DNA of 46,669 nucleotides from an uncultured Clostridia bacterium (GCA_947629345.1 CANRDK010000001.1:1-46669); one strand, 5' to 3'. Counted from the stretch's first letter, positions 8,106 to 17,055 are shown. Notes: generated by a model not told the origin, from the letters alone. Numbers and translations: made by a program.

Positions 8106-9434
8106 TCACTTTTTCAAATATGCGGGGATGACGTCATACTGCACCAGATCTTCATACGTCTGAGGTCTTACGATGTACTGCGCTTTCCCCTCTTTCACGA
8201 GCACAGCGGGCGGAATGAGGTTGCGGTTGTAGTTGCTCGCCATGGAGTAGTTGTATGCCCCCGTCGAGAGCACGGCGACGAGGTCCCCCGTCTCAGCCTT
8301 GGGCAGATTCATGTTGATGCCGATGAGGTCGCCGCTTTCGCAGCATTTCCCCGCAAGAGAGATGAGTTCGGTGGGCCTTTCCGCCGCTCTGTTTGCAAGA
8401 ACGGCCGTGTACTTCGACTGGTAGAGGCAATAGCGGGGATTGTCGAACATGCCGCCGTCGATCGCAACATATTTCCTGAGGCCGGGGATATCCTTGATCG
8501 CGCCGACCGTGTAGAGCGTGATGCCCGCTTCGCCCACGATGGAGCGGCCGGGTTCGATGAGGATGCGGGGAAGCGCAAGCGCATACTTCTTGCACTGCTC
8601 TTTGACGGAGGAGATGAGCGCGGAGAGATATTCCCTGTACCCTCCCGAAGGGATCTTGCTGTCCTCATCGGTGTACCAGATGCCGAATCCACCGCCCAAA
8701 TTGACGGATTCGGGCTCAAAACCGTATTTTTTCTTGATTTCGGCGGCAAATTCCATGATTTTTTGGACTGCGATCACAAAGGACTGCTTCTCAAAGATCT
8801 GCGATCCGATATGGGAATGGTACCCGAGGAGACGGAGATGCTTCTTTTTGAGGAGATAGGCGACCATCTCCTCTGCAGTGCCGTTGTGGACGGAGAAGCC
8901 GAATTTGCTGTCTGGCGTCGCCGTCTGCACATAGGCGTGCGTATGCGCCTCCACCCCGGGGTTGATGCGGAGGAGTACATTCTGCACCATGCCCCGCTTT
9001 TCCGCCTCGGCGTCGAGAAGGTCCGCTTCCGTTGCAGAATCCACAACAAAACAGCCGATCTTGCAGTCCAAGGCATAGCGGATCTCGCTCGGCAGCTTGT
9101 TATTGCCATGAAAATAGATCTTTTCGGCGGGGAATCCCGCTTTCATCGCCGTAAAGAGCTCCCCGCCCGAAACGACGTCCGCCCCGAGCCCCTCCGAATC
9201 GGCAATGACATACATTGCTTCACAGGAAAAGGCCTTGGAGGCATAGAGCACGAGCCCGTTTCCGCCGTATTCTTCGGCGATCGTATCGCGATAGACGCGC
9301 ATCATGGAGCGGATATAGGCCTCATCGAACACATAGAGCGGCGTCCCGAAATTTTTTGCAAGTTCTACGCAGTCTGCCCCGCCGATCTCGAGATGGCCCT
9401 GTTTGTTTACCTTTAAAGTTTCTCTTTCGTTCAT
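8106..9434 (-). CDS. lysA: diaminopimelate decarboxylase
   Basis: 442 aa, PLP-dependent group IV decarboxylase (YASKAF, HSHIGSQI, GGGFGI, CESGD motifs). Confidence 0.95.
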   Translation of the reverse strand: MNERETLKVNKQGHLEIGGADCVELAKNFGTPLYVFDEAYIRSMMRVYRDTIAEEYGGNGLVLYASKAFSCEAMYVIADSEGLGADVVSGGELFTAMKAGFPAEKIYFHGNNKLPSEIRYALDCKIGCFVVDSATEADLLDAEAEKRGMVQNVLLRINPGVEAHTHAYVQTATPDSKFGFSVHNGTAEEMVAYLLKKKHLRLLGYHSHIGSQIFEKQSFVIAVQKIMEFAAEIKKKYGFEPESVNLGGGFGIWYTDEDSKIPSGGYREYLSALISSVKEQCKKYALALPRILIEPGRSIVGEAGITLYTVGAIKDIPGLRKYVAIDGGMFDNPRYCLYQSKYTAVLANRAAERPTELISLAGKCCESGDLIGINMNLPKAETGDLVAVLSTGAYNYSMASNYNRNLIPPAVLVKEGKAQYIVRPQTYEDLVQYDVIPAYLKK

Positions 9435-9451
9435 ATTTTCACCTTTTCCGC

Positions 9452-9480
9452 ATTATAGCACATGGGTGAATTTTTTTCAA
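9452..9480 (-). promoter_or_regulatory. sigma-A-type promoter for lysA
   Basis: Minus strand: TTGAAA, 17-nt spacer, TATAAT. A short leader with GGTGA precedes the ATG. Confidence 0.5.
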
Positions 9481-9481
9481 G

Positions 9482-9519
9482 AAAAAAAGGCACAATGGAA
9501 AGATTTTTCCAATTATGCC
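9482..9519 (-). terminator. rho-independent terminator after the DD-carboxypeptidase gene
   Basis: Minus strand: GGCATAATTGGAAA-loop-TTTCCATTGTGCC followed by T7. The 5' arm overlaps repeat copy 1. Confidence 0.6.
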
Positions 9520-9545
9520 TGACATAGTACTATGCAAAACCGTCA
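9512..9545. repeat. nested-palindrome element, copy 1 (intergenic, abutting the DD-carboxypeptidase stop codon)
   Basis: ATTATGCCTGACATAGTACTATGCAAAACCGTCA. Perfect 12-bp palindrome CATAGTACTATG at 9523-9534. Confidence 0.9.
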
Positions 9546-10703
9546 ATTCCAATTTTTCGCCGTCTCTTTGAAGGCATCCCACCAGCTATACGCAGGCGCA
9601 TCCTCCATGGAAACGAGCTTGACGCGGCCGATCTCCACGCCGTCGCGGTACAACACCGCCTCTCCCGCTTCATCCCCCTTCATGACGGGAGCCTTTAATC
9701 CGTGAAGGGAAATTTCCACATTGAGGTCCTTGCTCTCCCCCTTCTTTCCGAATGCGGAAAGGGACCTCTCGGCACACACCCCGATCTCCTTTACCTTGCT
9801 TCCGCTCACGGAAGATCTGTTTTCGATCTGTTCCCCCGCTTTCAAAACAATATGATTTTCGTAGCCGCCGAACGCTTCATCAAACAGTGAGGAGACGATC
9901 GCATTTCTGCTCTTGGAATTCTCCGCGCCGATGACGACGCTGATGATCCGCATTTCTCCCCGCTTCGCCGTTGCGGCAAGGCAGGAACCCGCCTCGTTCG
10001 TGAATCCCGTCTTTCCGCCGTCACAGCCCTGATAGAAGCGTATCAGTTTGTTTGTGTTGGTCATCTGCGTCGTCCTGCCGTCGGGATGCTGAAAATCTTC
10101 CATCCAAACCTTGGTGAGCTCAAAGTATTTTTCATGCTTTAAAAGTTCCTTGAGCATGACGGCGACATCCTTCGCGCAGGAATATTGCGGTTCCTTGGGG
10201 AGGCCTGTACAGTTTGCGAACAGGGTGTTTTCTGCGCCGAGTTCCCTTGCGCGGGCATTCATTTTATCGATAAAGGCGCTTTCGCTCCCCGCGACCCGCT
10301 CTGCGATGGCCACGCAGGAGTCGTTTGCCGAGCAAACTGCGATGGATTTGATGAGCTGTTCCGCAGGATAGCTGAGCCCCGCGTCCAAAAAGACCTGCGA
10401 TCCCCCCATTCCCGCGGCATTTTCGCTCACGGTGATCATCTCGTCGTAGGCAAGTTCCCCGCTCTCCACCGCCTCAAAGGATAGAAGCAGGGTCATGATC
10501 TTACACATGCTCGCGATCGGCAGCCGCTTTGTCTCCTCCATGGCGTAAATTTCGGTGCCCGTTTCATAGTCGCAGGAATATGCCGCCTTGCATCTCGGCG
10601 CCGTCTCAAGCGCAGAAACCTGCACACTGTTTCCCATCATCAATGTTGCCGCAAGCAGAGCGGCCGTACAGATCAATTTTTTCATATCCTCAGTTTGTAA
10701 CAT
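9543..10703 (-). CDS. D-alanyl-D-alanine carboxypeptidase (S11, PBP5 type with C-terminal domain)
   Basis: 386 aa. SxxK (ASMCKIMT) and SxN (CSANDS) motifs. Signal peptide from MKKLICTAALLAAT, so an alternative start at 10685 is possible. Confidence 0.85.
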   Translation of the reverse strand: MLQTEDMKKLICTAALLAATLMMGNSVQVSALETAPRCKAAYSCDYETGTEIYAMEETKRLPIASMCKIMTLLLSFEAVESGELAYDEMITVSENAAGMGGSQVFLDAGLSYPAEQLIKSIAVCSANDSCVAIAERVAGSESAFIDKMNARARELGAENTLFANCTGLPKEPQYSCAKDVAVMLKELLKHEKYFELTKVWMEDFQHPDGRTTQMTNTNKLIRFYQGCDGGKTGFTNEAGSCLAATAKRGEMRIISVVIGAENSKSRNAIVSSLFDEAFGGYENHIVLKAGEQIENRSSVSGSKVKEIGVCAERSLSAFGKKGESKDLNVEISLHGLKAPVMKGDEAGEAVLYRDGVEIGRVKLVSMEDAPAYSWWDAFKETAKNWN

Positions 10704-10719
10704 GCTACAAAAAATACTC

Positions 10720-11316
10720 TTACAAAATTTTACCTATCGGGTGAAAGAGTGCAAGCAGCAAGATCATCTCCGCAAGATAGATAAAGGCGATCATGACGAG
10801 AATGGTGAGAAAGTCCCGCAGAAGATCCCAAAAATCGGACGGGGTGAAACAGAAACGGAATGCCCGTCCGAAGGTGAGCGTTGCAGTTATGACAAGGAGC
10901 GCGTCGGTGAGTAGATGGTTCGGAATGTAAATGATGATGGAAACCATCGCGCCCGAGATTCCGTAATGGTCAAAAAACACATACAGACTTCCCCCAAACG
11001 TAAAGGCGCGGAAGATGAGCACGGCGATCGGGAGCAGGAGCGCCACGGGATGAATGCTCCCCACAAGGATCAGTGCGGCGAGCAGAGCGCATCCCCCCGC
11101 CCGCTGTAAAAATATCAAAAAGACGTTGGTATCGGAGAAACAGATCTCCGTAAGATAGCTGTCGCAGATGGATAAATGGTATTCATAGACGGCGGGACTG
11201 TCGAGAAAGCACATGCCGAGGATCGTGAATGTGAGCACGAGCACGGCGAGGAAGATCAATGTCTTTTTCCGTTCCCACGCACGGGAAAAGAAACTTTGCA
11301 TAAAAAACAGGTCCAT
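10720..11316 (-). CDS. spoIIM: stage II sporulation protein M-like integral membrane protein
   Basis: 198 aa with about 5 hydrophobic segments and SpoIIM-like size and topology. Assignment is from memory of the family and the sporulation context. Confidence 0.5.
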   Translation of the reverse strand: MDLFFMQSFFSRAWERKKTLIFLAVLVLTFTILGMCFLDSPAVYEYHLSICDSYLTEICFSDTNVFLIFLQRAGGCALLAALILVGSIHPVALLLPIAVLIFRAFTFGGSLYVFFDHYGISGAMVSIIIYIPNHLLTDALLVITATLTFGRAFRFCFTPSDFWDLLRDFLTILVMIAFIYLAEMILLLALFHPIGKIL

Positions 11317-11353
11317 ATCCTATGATATGAACCGTGTTTCGATAGAATTCTCC

Positions 11354-11415
11354 TCAAGTTTTCAGCATATTCTTCCGATGCCGTATCCCCTCGTCGAGTC
11401 GTTCAGGAAGACATG
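11354..11415. repeat. decayed duplicate of the spoIVB 3' end (direct repeat A flanking the TA cassette)
   Basis: 56 of 62 hand-aligned positions are identical to 12169-12234, plus one 4-nt indel. The minus strand would read HVFLNDSTRGYGIGRIC*, against native THVFLNDPTRGYGIGIENMLKN*. Confidence 0.85.
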
Positions 11416-11424
11416 AGAAAAGTA

Positions 11425-11751
11425 TTAAGTTTTAATACTCCGCAGGACGCGCTTGTAGTCGCGCTTTGCGTTGAACGCCGCTTTCACATGGACGGTATCG
11501 CTTCCCGCTTCAAACGTGTAGAAAATCAAATACTCTTTATGTACGAGAAAACGGTACCCTTGGCAGACAAGATTTCTGTCATCGGGAATCGCCCCTGCCT
11601 GCGGGAAATCGGCAAGGCGGGCCACTTCCGCCCTCAATTCTGCGACGAATTTCAAAGCGGTCTCGGCGTCCTTCGATACATCGAGAATATCCAGCGCGAT
11701 CTTCTTAAGATCCGCGATCGCGGTCTCTGTCATCAGTACTTTGCAGCGCAT
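11425..11751 (-). CDS. type II toxin, ParE/RelE superfamily
   Basis: 108 aa. ...AIADLKKIALDI... and GYRFLVHKEYLIFYTFE... are typical of the ParE/RelE fold. Starts 3 nt after the antitoxin stop. Confidence 0.8.
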   Translation of the reverse strand: MRCKVLMTETAIADLKKIALDILDVSKDAETALKFVAELRAEVARLADFPQAGAIPDDRNLVCQGYRFLVHKEYLIFYTFEAGSDTVHVKAAFNAKRDYKRVLRSIKT

Positions 11752-11754
11752 AGT

Positions 11755-12042
11755 TTACTCCGAGAGCGTCTTGACGATCTCATCGAACGCTGCGTCGATC
11801 GGCTTCACCCTGCCGAGCATCACGTCATCCTCCGACTGCGCCAGATGGGCATAGAGTTCAAGCCGCTCCTTCATTTCTTCCAGCGCAGCCTGTTGCGCAA
11901 GGTAGTCCTCATGGCTCATGAGAACGGTATCCTCCCTCCCGTTGACGGTGATCGCAACGGGATTCTGCCGCGTCAGAGCAGAGATCTGCCCGTAGTTGGT
12001 GCGAAGATCTTTGGATGGACGAATGGAAATTCCGACAGCCAT
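11755..12042 (-). CDS. type II antitoxin, Phd/YefM family
   Basis: ORF trimmed to ATG 12042, which follows GGGAGG. ...LRTNYGQISALTRQNPVAITVNGREDTVLMSHEDY... is the Phd/YefM N-terminal fold. Confidence 0.8.
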   Translation of the reverse strand: MAVGISIRPSKDLRTNYGQISALTRQNPVAITVNGREDTVLMSHEDYLAQQAALEEMKERLELYAHLAQSEDDVMLGRVKPIDAAFDEIVKTLSE

Positions 12043-12069
12043 CACATTACCTCCCTGTTCAGTAGTCAT

Positions 12070-12098
12070 ATTGTATCATAATTTGTCTACAATGTCAA
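12070..12098 (-). promoter_or_regulatory. sigma-A-type promoter of the TA operon with an internal inverted repeat (possible operator)
   Basis: Minus strand: TTGACA, 17-nt spacer, TACAAT. ATTGTA directly after the -35 is the inverted repeat of the -10 TACAAT. Confidence 0.55.
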
Positions 12099-12138
12099 TA
12101 AAATTCTATGTAATTTCCAATAAAAAGTTGTATTTGAT

Positions 12139-12164
12139 AAGTCCACGGGCATTCCCGTGGACTT
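12139..12164 (-). terminator. 11-bp perfect hairpin just downstream of the spoIVB stop codon
   Basis: AAGTCCACGGG-CATT-CCCGTGGACTT. The T-run on the minus strand is displaced by about 12 nt, so terminator function is uncertain. Confidence 0.4.
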
Positions 12165-12168
12165 ATAC

Positions 12169-12234
12169 TCAGTTTTTCAGCATATTCTCAATTCCTATGC
12201 CGTATCCCCTCGTCGGATCGTTCAGGAATACATG
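12169..12234. repeat. functional spoIVB 3' end (direct repeat B flanking the TA cassette)
   Basis: Partner of 11354-11415. See the finding on the TA cassette. Confidence 0.85.
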
Positions 12235-13179
12235 GGTGACTGCGCCGATCAGTTTTCCGTTCTGAACGATGGGACTGCCGCTCATGCCCTGAACGATGCC
12301 GCCCGTCTCCTCGATGAGCCGTTCATCCGTCACTTTGATGACAAAATTCTTGTTCTCCCTGTTGTCCGCATCTACCTTTGCGATGCAGATCTCATATTCT
12401 TGGGGGCAGATCCCGTCGATCGTGGAATAGATCACGGCTTTGCCGATGGTTGCCTCGGAAATGGGAGCGATCTCCACCGTCTCGCAGCGGGAAAAGTCAT
12501 AATTCCTGTCGAATGTTCCATACAGGCCCGTGTCGCACACGGTTTCAGCCTTGGCAATGTTCTTGTCGTTCAGAAAGAGCCCTCTGAGCTCCCCCGCCTT
12601 GCCGCGCTTGCCCTTGTTGACGCCGATCACACTGCAGAGATACACTTTCGGGTCCGAAATGTCAAGCGTCTGATTGTTCTCATCGCACACGGCATGCCCC
12701 AAAGAGCCGAATCTGAGCGTGTTTTTGTTGATAAACGTCACGGTGCCGATCCCCGTCAAGGTGTCGCGGATGAGCACACCGATCTTATATTTTCCGTTTT
12801 TCTTGTCCTTGACGGGCACAATGCCGATTTCGGCTGTTTCCCCGTCCCGCTTGACTGTAAATTTTACCTCTTTTCCCCCGCTCTTCTCGAGGGTGCGGTT
12901 CATGTCTGCGATCGTCTTGATTTGGATCCCGTCTGCGGCGCAGATGAGGTCCCCGACCTTGAGCCCGACTTCCTCGGCAGGACGGTGAATGCCGTCCTCC
13001 GCGTTTACCTCGCTCAGCCCGATGATCTCGGCGCCTCCCGCAGACAGCGAGAAACCGGCCGTCATTCCTCCTAAATAATATTCGTCAGAAGCGGCGTTTG
13101 CCCTAAGTCCCGTACCGCAGCAGACCGCAACGGTCAGAAAGATGGCGAAGGCCGCGAAAAAAAATTTCAGCTTACGCAT
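12169..13179 (-). CDS. spoIVB: SpoIVB peptidase (S55), stage IV sporulation signalling protease
   Basis: 336 aa. PDZ region (GLKVGDLICAADGIQIKT) and serine protease core (GTVTFINKNTLRFGSLGHAV, MSGSPIVQNGKLIGAVTHVF). Confidence 0.93.
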   Translation of the reverse strand: MRKLKFFFAAFAIFLTVAVCCGTGLRANAASDEYYLGGMTAGFSLSAGGAEIIGLSEVNAEDGIHRPAEEVGLKVGDLICAADGIQIKTIADMNRTLEKSGGKEVKFTVKRDGETAEIGIVPVKDKKNGKYKIGVLIRDTLTGIGTVTFINKNTLRFGSLGHAVCDENNQTLDISDPKVYLCSVIGVNKGKRGKAGELRGLFLNDKNIAKAETVCDTGLYGTFDRNYDFSRCETVEIAPISEATIGKAVIYSTIDGICPQEYEICIAKVDADNRENKNFVIKVTDERLIEETGGIVQGMSGSPIVQNGKLIGAVTHVFLNDPTRGYGIGIENMLKN

Positions 13180-13199
13180 GAAAACCTCCGTTTGGAGAT

Positions 13200-13228
13200 T
13201 ATTTTGCGTAAGCCGACAGCTTCTATTC
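13200..13228 (-). promoter_or_regulatory. possible forespore (sigma-F/G-type) promoter of spoIVB
   Basis: Minus strand: GAATA, 17 nt, CAAAATA, then GGAGG and the ATG. Compared with the GnATA / CATnnTA consensus from memory. Confidence 0.3.
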
Positions 13229-13245
13229 GGTTTGCCTTGATCCCA

Positions 13246-14937
13246 TTACAGGGATTTTTTGTAACTTTCAGCCTCGCCGATGAGTTCTCTCGCGTGCATC
13301 AGAGCGATCTCTCCCGTGTCACCGCCGATGAGCCGTGCGATCTCGCCGAGCCGCGCCTCCCCGTCCAGCGGATGGATATGCGTACACGTCCTGCCGCCAT
13401 CCTCTGTCTTTTCGATGAGAAAGTTCCGATCCGCGCAGGCGGCGATCCGAGCAAGGTGGGACACGGCAATAATTTGTGTATTTTTTGAGATCTTGCAGAA
13501 CTTTTCTCCGACGACTTTGGCCGTTTTCCCGCCGATCCCCGCGTCGATCTCATCAAAAATGTACGTTCCGATGCTACTCACATCGGAGAGCTGTGCCTTG
13601 ACGGCGAGCATGAATCTCGACATTTCGCCGCCGCTGATGATCTTGCCGAGCTCTTTCAACGGTTCCCCCTTGTTTGCTGAGAAGAGGAATTTCACGCCGC
13701 CGAGCCCCTCGGCCGTCGCATGGCCGACGTCGTCGCGGGAATAGTCCGCAAACTCGATCTCGAACCTCGCAGAGCCGATATTGAGCGTCGAAAGTTCCCT
13801 CGTCACCCGTGCGCAGAAGCCCTCCGCGGCGGCCTTTCTCTCCCTTGTCAGCTGTTCGCACGCCGAGAAGAGTTTCTCATCCGCCCGATTGAGCTCCTCT
13901 GTGAGTTCCTCGTACCGTTCGGCGCTGTTTTCGAGAAGGGAACACTCCTCCTGCGCCTTTTTGAGATATTCGATCGCGCTCTGCACCGTCCCGCCATACT
14001 TCTTTTTGAGCGTTCTGAGCTCATCGAGGCGGTTTTCCACCCGTTCCGCTTCCCGCTCGTTCACGTCGAGCTCGTCGAGCGCGCTCTCGGCCTCTTCCCC
14101 CACATCCTCGAGTTCGGCGGCCGAATTTTCGAGCCGTTCGGCAAGATCGGCATATTCTTTCACATACTTTGCAATGGAGCGGAGCGCATGGGCGGCACTG
14201 CGGACCCCGTCGAGGCATCCGCCGTCGGAGAGCAAACATTCTTTCGCCTCCGCGAGGCCGTCCTTGATCTTTTCTGCATTGCGGAACTTCTCGCGGGACT
14301 GCAAAAGTTCCTCTTCCTCGCCCTCTTTAAGTTCTGCACGCTGAAGTTCATCGATCTGAAAGCGGAGAATGTCGAGGCGACGGCTCCGCTCTCCCTCATC
14401 CCCGCCGAGCGTTTTGAGATCGTTCAAAATGGCCTTGCGGGCAGAGAGCCCCGCCGCAACTTCCTCTTTGGCCCTGACAACGGGCTCCCCTGCGATCGTA
14501 TCGAGAAGGCGGAGCTGGTTGCTCTCCTTCAATAAAAAGAAATGCTCGCTCTGCCCGTGGACGTCCACAAGGAGCGAGGTGATACGCCTGACCATGGCGG
14601 CAGTCACGGAACATCCGTTGAGTTTCAATGTGCCTCTTCCGTCAGAAGTGAGTTTTCTTGAGATGACGACCGTATCCTCCGCCTCAATATCCATCTCCTG
14701 CAGGAGCGCAAAAACGGCGGGGTCCTCCGTGGAAAACTCTGCTTGTACAAGACATTCATTCTCCCCGTAGCGCACCATTCCCTTATCGGCCTTGGCGCCG
14801 AGGACAAAATCGATACACTCCAAAATGACAGATTTTCCTGCGCCCGTCTCCCCAGAAAGGACGTTGAGCCCCTTGGAAAATTCGAGATCTGCCCGCTCGA
14901 TGAGTGCAACATTGCGGATCAAAAGACTCTTCAGCAT
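13246..14937 (-). CDS. recN: DNA repair protein RecN
   Basis: 563 aa. SMC-like Walker A (GETGAGKS), long coiled coil, C-terminal signature (GGEMSRFMLA) and Walker B (FDEIDAGIGG). Confidence 0.95.
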   Translation of the reverse strand: MLKSLLIRNVALIERADLEFSKGLNVLSGETGAGKSVILECIDFVLGAKADKGMVRYGENECLVQAEFSTEDPAVFALLQEMDIEAEDTVVISRKLTSDGRGTLKLNGCSVTAAMVRRITSLLVDVHGQSEHFFLLKESNQLRLLDTIAGEPVVRAKEEVAAGLSARKAILNDLKTLGGDEGERSRRLDILRFQIDELQRAELKEGEEEELLQSREKFRNAEKIKDGLAEAKECLLSDGGCLDGVRSAAHALRSIAKYVKEYADLAERLENSAAELEDVGEEAESALDELDVNEREAERVENRLDELRTLKKKYGGTVQSAIEYLKKAQEECSLLENSAERYEELTEELNRADEKLFSACEQLTRERKAAAEGFCARVTRELSTLNIGSARFEIEFADYSRDDVGHATAEGLGGVKFLFSANKGEPLKELGKIISGGEMSRFMLAVKAQLSDVSSIGTYIFDEIDAGIGGKTAKVVGEKFCKISKNTQIIAVSHLARIAACADRNFLIEKTEDGGRTCTHIHPLDGEARLGEIARLIGGDTGEIALMHARELIGEAESYKKSL

Positions 14938-14942
14938 AATTT

Positions 14943-15398
14943 TTATGATTTGACGATGGCGTTGAGACGTTCGGTGACCAACTTCGCCTCTTCGTTATTT
15001 TCACAGATGATGAGGACGGTGTCATCCCCCGAAATGCACCCGACGACTTCACGGTAGTCGAGATGATCGATGACAACGCCCGCGTTGGCGCCGTTTCCGT
15101 TCAGTGTCTTGACGACGATGAGATTTCCCACCGCACGGATCTCCAAGACACAGGTACGGAAGAGTGCACGCATCTTTTCCGAAAGGCCGCTCTCCTTCTC
15201 CGTCATCGACGCATAGCGGAAACGTTTTTGATTGCCCTTGACCTTGAAGAGATGAAGCTCCTTGATGTCGCGGGAGACAGTGGCCTGTGTGACCGAAAAA
15301 TTACAGGCGGCGAGCTGTTCGCAGAGCTCCTCCTGCGTCTCTATCTCCATCTTCTCGATGATCTCGAGGATCTTGGTGTGTCTTGCGTTCCTTAACAT
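14943..15398 (-). CDS. argR: arginine repressor
   Basis: 151 aa. ...QEELCEQLAACNFSVTQATVSRDIKEL... and C-terminal GTISGDDT-like motif (GCISGDDTVLI). Confidence 0.92.
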   Translation of the reverse strand: MLRNARHTKILEIIEKMEIETQEELCEQLAACNFSVTQATVSRDIKELHLFKVKGNQKRFRYASMTEKESGLSEKMRALFRTCVLEIRAVGNLIVVKTLNGNGANAGVVIDHLDYREVVGCISGDDTVLIICENNEEAKLVTERLNAIVKS

Positions 15399-15410
15399 AT
15401 TTTTCCCCTC

Positions 15411-16202
15411 TTAATTGATTTTTTGAGTGATTCTCAGAAAATAGCTCTTTTTATCCCTCGTCAAGAACGTTGCGCATCTTTTTGCCCTTCTCACGAGAAC
15501 TCTGTCGCCCGTTCCGACGCTCCCCAAATACTTCCCGTCGCCATACAGAAGCAAACTGTGCCCCTGCGGGATGGAGAAGGAGAGCGTTGCGGAAGCCGCG
15601 TAGACGATGGGACGGCTCTTCATGGAAAAGGCGCATATCGGCGTCAGGATGAATTCGTCGCATTCGGGCGTCAAGATGCTTCCGCCCGCCGAAAGCGAAT
15701 AGGCAGTGGAACCTGTGGGCGTTGCAACGATGACGCCGTCGGCGACGATCTCCCCCGCATCGCTCCCGTCAATTTGTACACAGATCTTGACGACTTTGTT
15801 CTCCTCTTCCGCAGAGACCCCGCGGTTGAGAGAGCATTCGTTGAGGCAAACGGTCTTTTCCCCGTTGAGTTCCACCTCGAGCATGGCGCGTTCGATCCTG
15901 TCGCACTCGAAAGAGAGTGCAAGCGAAGCGGCTCCGTCGAGTTCTCCCCTCTCAAATTCCGTCAAGAAACCCGTGTGGCCGTAATTGACGCCGAAGAGCG
16001 GGATCTTCAATTCGGCCGCGCGGCGGGCAGCCCTCAGAACGGTGCCGTCCCCGCCGAGGACGATCAGCCTGTCCACCGCAGAAATAGCATCCTCGGCATC
16101 AAAAATCTCCGCATCGGCTCCCGCCCTGCGCAGAATATTTTGAAGCAGGGAAGCGTCGTTGACATTCGCCTGCATCCTGTGATAGAAGATGCCGATTTTC
16201 AT
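15411..16202 (-). CDS. nadK: NAD kinase
   Basis: ORF trimmed to ATG 16202 (MKIGIFYH...). GGDGTVLRAAR and ATPTGSTAYSLSAGG motifs. Confidence 0.92.
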   Translation of the reverse strand: MKIGIFYHRMQANVNDASLLQNILRRAGADAEIFDAEDAISAVDRLIVLGGDGTVLRAARRAAELKIPLFGVNYGHTGFLTEFERGELDGAASLALSFECDRIERAMLEVELNGEKTVCLNECSLNRGVSAEEENKVVKICVQIDGSDAGEIVADGVIVATPTGSTAYSLSAGGSILTPECDEFILTPICAFSMKSRPIVYAASATLSFSIPQGHSLLLYGDGKYLGSVGTGDRVLVRRAKRCATFLTRDKKSYFLRITQKIN

Positions 16203-16284
16203 ACCGTCTAACATTATAGAACGAATTTCGCATAAAAGCAAGAGATTTTTTGCATAAATGCAAAAAAATTTTTACCAAGTTTCA

Positions 16285-17055
16285 TCAAGCGTTGCGGTCG
16301 AAATCGGCACAACGGCCCAAAAATTCGGCCAAAGAGAGGGAGTTTCCGCCTTCTTCCAAAAAAATGACATACTCAACGTTCTTTTTGGGGCGGATGGGCG
16401 CGTTGACGGCGTCCACAACGGCAAATCCAAGCCCGCCGGCAAAGCCGTAAAATTCCGTCAGCAGTTTTTTGTGGAGGTGCACGGGAAGGATCCCGCTCTT
16501 GCCGAGCCCCTTTCCATCGCATTCAAACTGCGGTTTGAAGAGAACAAATGCCCTTCCGCCTTCTTCAAGGATCTCATGGACTGCGGGGAGAACAAGGCGG
16601 AGCGAGATAAAGCTGAGATCGGCCGTAACAACGTCGATATTCTCGGGAAAATCGGCGCGGGAAAGATAGCGGGCGTTGGTTTCATCCATGACGACGACGC
16701 GCGGATCGCTAATGAGAAAACTGTCGAGCTGGCTCTTCCCCACGTCCACGCAGTAGACTTTTTTTGCGCCCCGTTTCAAAAGGCAATCGCAAAAGCCACC
16801 GTTGCTCGATCCCAAATCTGCCGCCACGACACCCTCGACGCTCACACGAAAGCAGGAAAGCCCCCGCTCAAGCTTAAAACCTCCGTTCGAGACAAAGGAA
16901 AGCTCCTCGGAGAGGAATTCAAACGCCTCATCCCCGCTCACTTCCTCCTTGGGGGAAACGGGCACGCCGCGGCACAAAACAAGCCCCCGCAAAAGCGCCT
17001 GCTGCGCCTTGGTGCGGGAGCCGAATTTTTCTGCAAAAAACTTATCTGCGCGCAT
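16285..17055 (-). CDS. tlyA: TlyA family rRNA (cytidine-2'-O)-methyltransferase
   Basis: 256 aa. S4-like N-terminus (MRADKFFAEKFGSRTKAQQALL) and FtsJ-type SAM domain (DLGSSNGGFCDCLL). Confidence 0.9.
   Translation of the reverse strand: MRADKFFAEKFGSRTKAQQALLRGLVLCRGVPVSPKEEVSGDEAFEFLSEELSFVSNGGFKLERGLSCFRVSVEGVVAADLGSSNGGFCDCLLKRGAKKVYCVDVGKSQLDSFLISDPRVVVMDETNARYLSRADFPENIDVVTADLSFISLRLVLPAVHEILEEGGRAFVLFKPQFECDGKGLGKSGILPVHLHKKLLTEFYGFAGGLGFAVVDAVNAPIRPKKNVEYVIFLEEGGNSLSLAEFLGRCADFDRNA

Noticed and set aside
7857-9416. Long plus-strand ORFs (7857..9416 519 aa, 38189..39577 462 aa, 43323..44723 466 aa, 27307..28368 353 aa, 3217..4101 294 aa, 19190..20206 338 aa and many shorter ones)
   Set aside because: Each lies antisense to a minus-strand gene with clear family motifs (lysA, polA, htpG, GH51, rluB-like/dac, ispA/folD). 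Their translations are low-complexity Arg/Gly/Asp/Leu-rich, as expected for shadow ORFs in GC-rich coding DNA.
9512-9545. The nested-palindrome element as a sporulation sigma-factor promoter (GCATA ... CATAATA looks like sigma-F/G boxes)
   Set aside because: The spacing between GCATA and CATAATA is only 13 nt, against about 17-18 nt in the consensus I recall. Two copies lie deep inside ORFs, in the same sense as the genes.
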